Virus record (IMG/VR): IMGVR_UViG_3300024187_000021
Location: 1-28,402 of that record
DNA: 28,402 bases
Strand: one strand, 5' to 3'
From: a virus
Lineage: Duplodnaviria > Caudoviricetes
Shown here one piece after another: positions 25,371-28,402 of this stretch. Below the pieces are notes generated by a model, which saw only the letters and a list, made by a program, of their open reading frames with translations, was not told where the DNA came from and searched no databases. A program made the translations under genes and the position numbers. The number at the start of each line of letters is the position of its first letter. Within the stretch, counting starts at the first letter, position 1.

Positions 25371-25810
25371 AGTTCCCGCACCACCATGCCGTGGATGGCC
25401 TCCGCGATCTTTTTCCGCAGCCGGTAGGCTTCGGTTTTCGTGGCCGATCCGCCCTTCACGTCCTCTGTCACGACTTCCCCCAGCGCGTAGAGCCCCAGAT
25501 CGGTGTACTCGAAGTCCGCCGTGAACACACCCACCGTCTCCACCACCACGTCGATCTGCGCCTGGGCGCCGATCCGGAAGAGCGCCACCACCTGCAGGGG
25601 GTACACGGGCTGCAGCCGCAGATCCGCGATCTTCCCGGCCGCCTGGGCGTATTTCAGTTCTTGGTACCGGGCCGCCTCTTTTTTTGAATCGAACCGGTAC
25701 CCGTCGACCGTGATCGACTGGTTTCCGAACTTCCCGCGCGCTGGGGCCTTCGGGGCCAGCGCCTGGTCCGCCAGCTGCGTCCAGGCGTCCCGCTCATCCT
25801 TACGGTTCAC
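25367..25810 (-). CDS. DUF1064-like PD-(D/E)XK nuclease
   Basis: KFGN...VDGYRFDSKKEAARY..L, FTADFEY, EDVKG, YRLRKK. Confidence 0.9.
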   Translation of the reverse strand: MNRKDERDAWTQLADQALAPKAPARGKFGNQSITVDGYRFDSKKEAARYQELKYAQAAGKIADLRLQPVYPLQVVALFRIGAQAQIDVVVETVGVFTADFEYTDLGLYALGEVVTEDVKGGSATKTEAYRLRKKIAEAIHGMVVREL

Positions 25811-25996
25811 AGGCAGCCGCCCTTCCGCTTATATCGCTGGGCCTCTGTGTTAGCGGCCCGGCACGGCCCGGCAGCCACAACCCCGCTGATAGGCCGAGAC
25901 GGTCCCGTGCTTCGGATCGTCGCTGCGTCTCAGCTTGATTGGAGTCACCGACCGTGTTGGCCGCGATCGATGCGGCCACGGGCCGAGTACGCTCAT
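25807..25996 (-). pseudogene. Small HGT-x-Y-x-C-x-C-xx-CRAAN zinc-finger-like protein with a 1-nt insertion at ~25870
   Basis: 190-nt span (63 codons + 1) with 4-nt overlaps at both ends. Reads KHGTVSAYQRGCGC, then CRAANTEAQRYKRK in the next frame. Confidence 0.65.
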
Positions 25997-26125
25997 TTGA
26001 AATGCTCCATCACGATGCCGTCCTGCACCTCGACGTACGATCGGCAGACGTTACAACTGAACCCGCACACCCGATCGTGCGAGACCCGCCGATCGGTTAC
26101 CTTCGCCCCGCTGACCGGGCAGACT
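25993..26125 (-). pseudogene. Start-less zinc-ribbon-like frame (VCPVSGAKV...CNVCRSYVEVQDGIVMEHFK)
   Basis: Its stop overlaps the next ATG (ATGA). It joins the upstream frame only through a -1 shift. Confidence 0.5.
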
Positions 26126-26774
26126 TCCGGGGCGCATACGGCCGGCGGCCGCCCTTTTTCGCCCGTGCTGTCACGGCGCCGGCCTTCAGTTTTTTTGGCT
26201 TTTTCGCCTTCGCCTCCCGCTTGATCCCCGTCCGCAGGGTCACCTTGTATCCGTCCTTCTCGAGCGTGGCCGCCAGCTTCGTCTGCTTCGCCTCTGTGCC
26301 GGCATCGACGATCAGCAGGAACCGCATCCCGGTTTTCCCGCCCACCTCTGCCGCCTGGACTTCGGTTTTCAGCTTCGAGGCGATCCAGTCCTCATCGAGC
26401 GCCTTCTGGATCCACTTGACCTGGTCCTTATGCGCCAGGTGGGCCACCGCCCGGGAATGCTCCCACGACGGGGACGCCCGCCGCACCGCCAGATCGACCT
26501 TGCTGGCCACCAGGCGATCCGCGTTCGTCTCCGCCTCATCCCCGAACGTATCCGCGTCAACGATCTGGCTGGCCTGCTCCGGGTGGAGTTTTTCAGCCAG
26601 GTTGATCAGATCCCCGCGCCAATAGCGCAGGGCGCCCCGGATGTCCTTCAGCTTCCCCGCCGCCTTCGTGATTTCCTCGAGCGTGGCCGGCCGTTCCAGC
26701 GCCAGCACCAGCGCATGCTGGTCCACGTGGAACGGGGCCCCCAAGACTACGATTTCGCCGTTCGATGATGTCAT
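26097..26774 (-). CDS. LmbU-like DNA-binding protein with a Lys/Arg-rich C-terminal tail
   Basis: YWRGDL...VA.......RR...SWEHSRAVAHL..KDQVKWIQKA....W...KLK resembles the LmbU-family pattern as recalled (WW.GDW...RR..LS..HH..VA.L...EQ..WL..A....W). Confidence 0.6.
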   Translation of the reverse strand: MTSSNGEIVVLGAPFHVDQHALVLALERPATLEEITKAAGKLKDIRGALRYWRGDLINLAEKLHPEQASQIVDADTFGDEAETNADRLVASKVDLAVRRASPSWEHSRAVAHLAHKDQVKWIQKALDEDWIASKLKTEVQAAEVGGKTGMRFLLIVDAGTEAKQTKLAATLEKDGYKVTLRTGIKREAKAKKPKKLKAGAVTARAKKGGRRPYAPRKSARSAGRR

Positions 26775-27307
26775 CCCTTATTCTCCCTGAACTTGACGGG
26801 GGAAGTCCCGTCAATATAGCGCCGTCCGTTTACCTCAAAGAATTTGGTCCCGACGATGATCAGGTCGTTCCGCTCGACCCGGTCATGCACTTCGTAGCTG
26901 AGACAGAGCCCGTTGCGGACGTCATAGCGGGTGTCTTTGTTCCCCCGCGGTTCGATGTGGTGCGCCTCCGCCCGCCGCGGGTGGAGTTCCGCTGTTTTCA
27001 GCACCGGCTGACCGTCGTATCGGTCCTTCCATTCGTCCCGCTTTTTCACCTTCGTCGCCCAGGCCCGCAGCTTGTTCCGATCGGTGTTCCTGGCCGTATC
27101 CTTCGCCTGGGCCCGCTCCAGCTTCGTCTGGACGCCCGGCTTTTTGATCCCGACGTGGTCGGACGTGAACTTCGGGATGGCCCGGGCCACGCTCCGCATC
27201 TCCGCCAGCGTGGGCAGGTGAGCGAACCGCCCCTCCGCTTGGTCGACGACGATCGCCACCTTCGCCGCCCGTTGTGCGGCCCCTTTCGAGACCCGATGCG
27301 GATTCAT
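26771..27307 (-). CDS. HNH-like nuclease with a basic N-terminal extension
   Basis: Start reassigned to MNPHRVSK (ATGA overlap). VKKRD...EAHHIEPR...YDVRNGLCL...H. Confidence 0.78.
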   Translation of the reverse strand: MNPHRVSKGAAQRAAKVAIVVDQAEGRFAHLPTLAEMRSVARAIPKFTSDHVGIKKPGVQTKLERAQAKDTARNTDRNKLRAWATKVKKRDEWKDRYDGQPVLKTAELHPRRAEAHHIEPRGNKDTRYDVRNGLCLSYEVHDRVERNDLIIVGTKFFEVNGRRYIDGTSPVKFRENKG

Positions 27308-27711
27308 CCACGCGGGCCCACGAATTCTGCCGGCGGGGTCGGAATCACCACGCCGATCGGGCGCCACAGGTGGAGCACGTGCGGGTGGCAGTTCACGTAC
27401 TCCGATTCTTTCGGGTGGAGTTGCATCACGACGTCCTCTGGATCCCAGCACAGCCGCTTGACGTAGGCCATCTCTTTCCACGTGGGCGTCCGCTGCTGGG
27501 CAGCCCGGTGGGCGTGAACGCTGACGTGTTCCCATTTTTCAGCGTGGCCGTACGCGCCCTCGACCAGTTCCGCCCCGTCTGAGCAGATCAACGCCAGCCG
27601 CCAGCCTGGCTCCGGCGATTCGATATGAAACGCCCCATTATTCCCGTCCGCCTTCGTGGTGGCCAGGATCGGATGCGTGGTATCTCTTGAAAGTTCAGGC
27701 ACGTGGAACAT
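27304..27711 (-). CDS. Conserved phage protein of unknown function (WEHVSV...PTW.EM..VK...QLHP..SEYVN.HP..LHLWRP)
   Basis: Motif-rich and recognisable as a recurrent phage family; coupled to the next gene. Confidence 0.85.
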   Translation of the reverse strand: MFHVPELSRDTTHPILATTKADGNNGAFHIESPEPGWRLALICSDGAELVEGAYGHAEKWEHVSVHAHRAAQQRTPTWKEMAYVKRLCWDPEDVVMQLHPKESEYVNCHPHVLHLWRPIGVVIPTPPAEFVGPRG

Positions 27712-27717
27712 GGCGGT

Positions 27718-28401
27718 TCATCCCTGCACGTTATCGAACCGGACGTACTCTTTCGACCAGTTGACGTTCACGGTCCCCGTGGGCCCGTTGCGCTGCTTCC
27801 GGACGAACAGCCGCGTGATCACCGCGTCCTCGTCATCCTTCGGCTGCTGGCGGTAGATCATCACCACCACGTCCGCGTCGTTCTCGAGGTCCCCGGATTC
27901 CCGCAGGTCCGATAACTGAGGTTCCCGGGCTGCCCGTTTCGAGGTCCCCTCTGACTCCCTGGACAACTGGGCCAGCGCCAGCACCGGCACGTGGAATTCT
28001 TTAGCCAGCGCCTTCAACCCGCGCGAGACCGATCCCACTTCCTGCGTCCGGTTTTCCCCGCGCCCCTTCATCAGCTGCAGATAGTCCACGATGATCAACC
28101 CCAGCCCGGCTTCCGCCCGGACCTGCAGCGCGCGCCGGCGCACTTCCGCCACCGACAGATGGGGCGCATCGTCGATCCAGATGTGCAGCGTGTCCAGCAC
28201 CTGCATCGCCTGTGAAATCTTCGGCCAGTCGTCCTCCCGCAGCCAGCCCATCCGCATCCGGTGGCTGTCCACCTTGGCTTCGGACGCCAGCATCCGCAGG
28301 AACAACTGCTGCCGGGACATCTCCATGCTGCACACCAGGACCGGCGTGGTGGTCCCGACGTGCCGCGCGATGTTCATGGCCAGCGCCGTCTTGCCCTGGC
28401 T
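27718..28401 (-). CDS. dnaB: Replicative DNA helicase, C-terminal part (runs off the window)
   Basis: Walker A remnant SQGKTALAMN at the window edge, SMEMS, IIVDYLQL, LAQLSR, SDLRESGDLENDADVV, KQRNGPTG. Confidence 0.97.
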   Translation of the reverse strand, partial: SQGKTALAMNIARHVGTTTPVLVCSMEMSRQQLFLRMLASEAKVDSHRMRMGWLREDDWPKISQAMQVLDTLHIWIDDAPHLSVAEVRRRALQVRAEAGLGLIIVDYLQLMKGRGENRTQEVGSVSRGLKALAKEFHVPVLALAQLSRESEGTSKRAAREPQLSDLRESGDLENDADVVVMIYRQQPKDDEDAVITRLFVRKQRNGPTGTVNVNWSKEYVRFDNVQG

Positions 28402-28402
28402 A

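Larger units (their letters stand above)
1..28402 (-). mobile_element. Segment of a siphovirus-type phage/prophage genome (replication end, packaging, head, tail, lysis)
   Basis: Co-oriented terminase, portal, HK97-type capsid, tail tube, tape measure and endolysin genes. No integrase or host genes in the window, so prophage versus free phage cannot be decided. Confidence 0.97.

Noticed and set aside
84-28215. Many long plus-strand ORFs (e.g. 18534-20174, 15666-16940, 21156-22226)
   Set aside because: They are antisense shadows of high-GC minus-strand genes, Arg/Pro-rich with no recognisable motifs.
1-28402. Stop-codon reassignment or alternative genetic code
   Set aside because: Core genes are full length under code 11 and end in TGA, TAA or TAG; the breaks seen are frame changes, not in-frame stops.
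1-28402. Frequent CTCGAG and CGATCG palindromes
   Set aside because: They look common by eye but may simply reflect codon pairs such as CTC-GAG and ATC-G; not supportable without a Markov-model count.

Overview
The whole window is part of a high-GC tailed dsDNA phage or prophage of siphovirus type with an HK97-like head module. Every credible gene is on the minus strand, and most are coupled by ATGA/GTGA/TTGA stop-start overlaps. Order of transcription, right to left: partial DnaB helicase; small accessory and nuclease genes (HNH-like, LmbU-like, DUF1064-like); terminase-associated HNH; probable cos region; ParB-fused DNA methyltransferase; terS; terL; RHH regulator; fused prohead protease-major capsid; portal; collagen-like protein; head-tail connector; a four-gene glycosyl/methyltransferase cassette; head closure; tail terminator; tail tube; tail chaperones with a -1 frameshift; HK97 gp10-like protein; tape measure; tail hub; two fibre-like proteins; and a lysis region (membrane proteins, TIGR02594/CHAP-type endolysin, beta-trefoil + GH5-like hydrolase). 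Strongest observations: (1) a Gly-Ser-Pro motif, mostly GSPA, occurs 10 times and only in morphogenesis-module proteins, next to the embedded transferase cassette, suggesting a phage-encoded virion glycosylation system with its own sequon; (2) the tail fibre/tip-like proteins carry Sec-type signal peptides, Gln at +1 and paired cysteines; (3) a multi-branch RNA structure fills the portal-collagen intergenic gap. Several accessory genes show apparent frameshifts (sequencing error or decay). All family calls come from motif recognition by eye, not from database searches.
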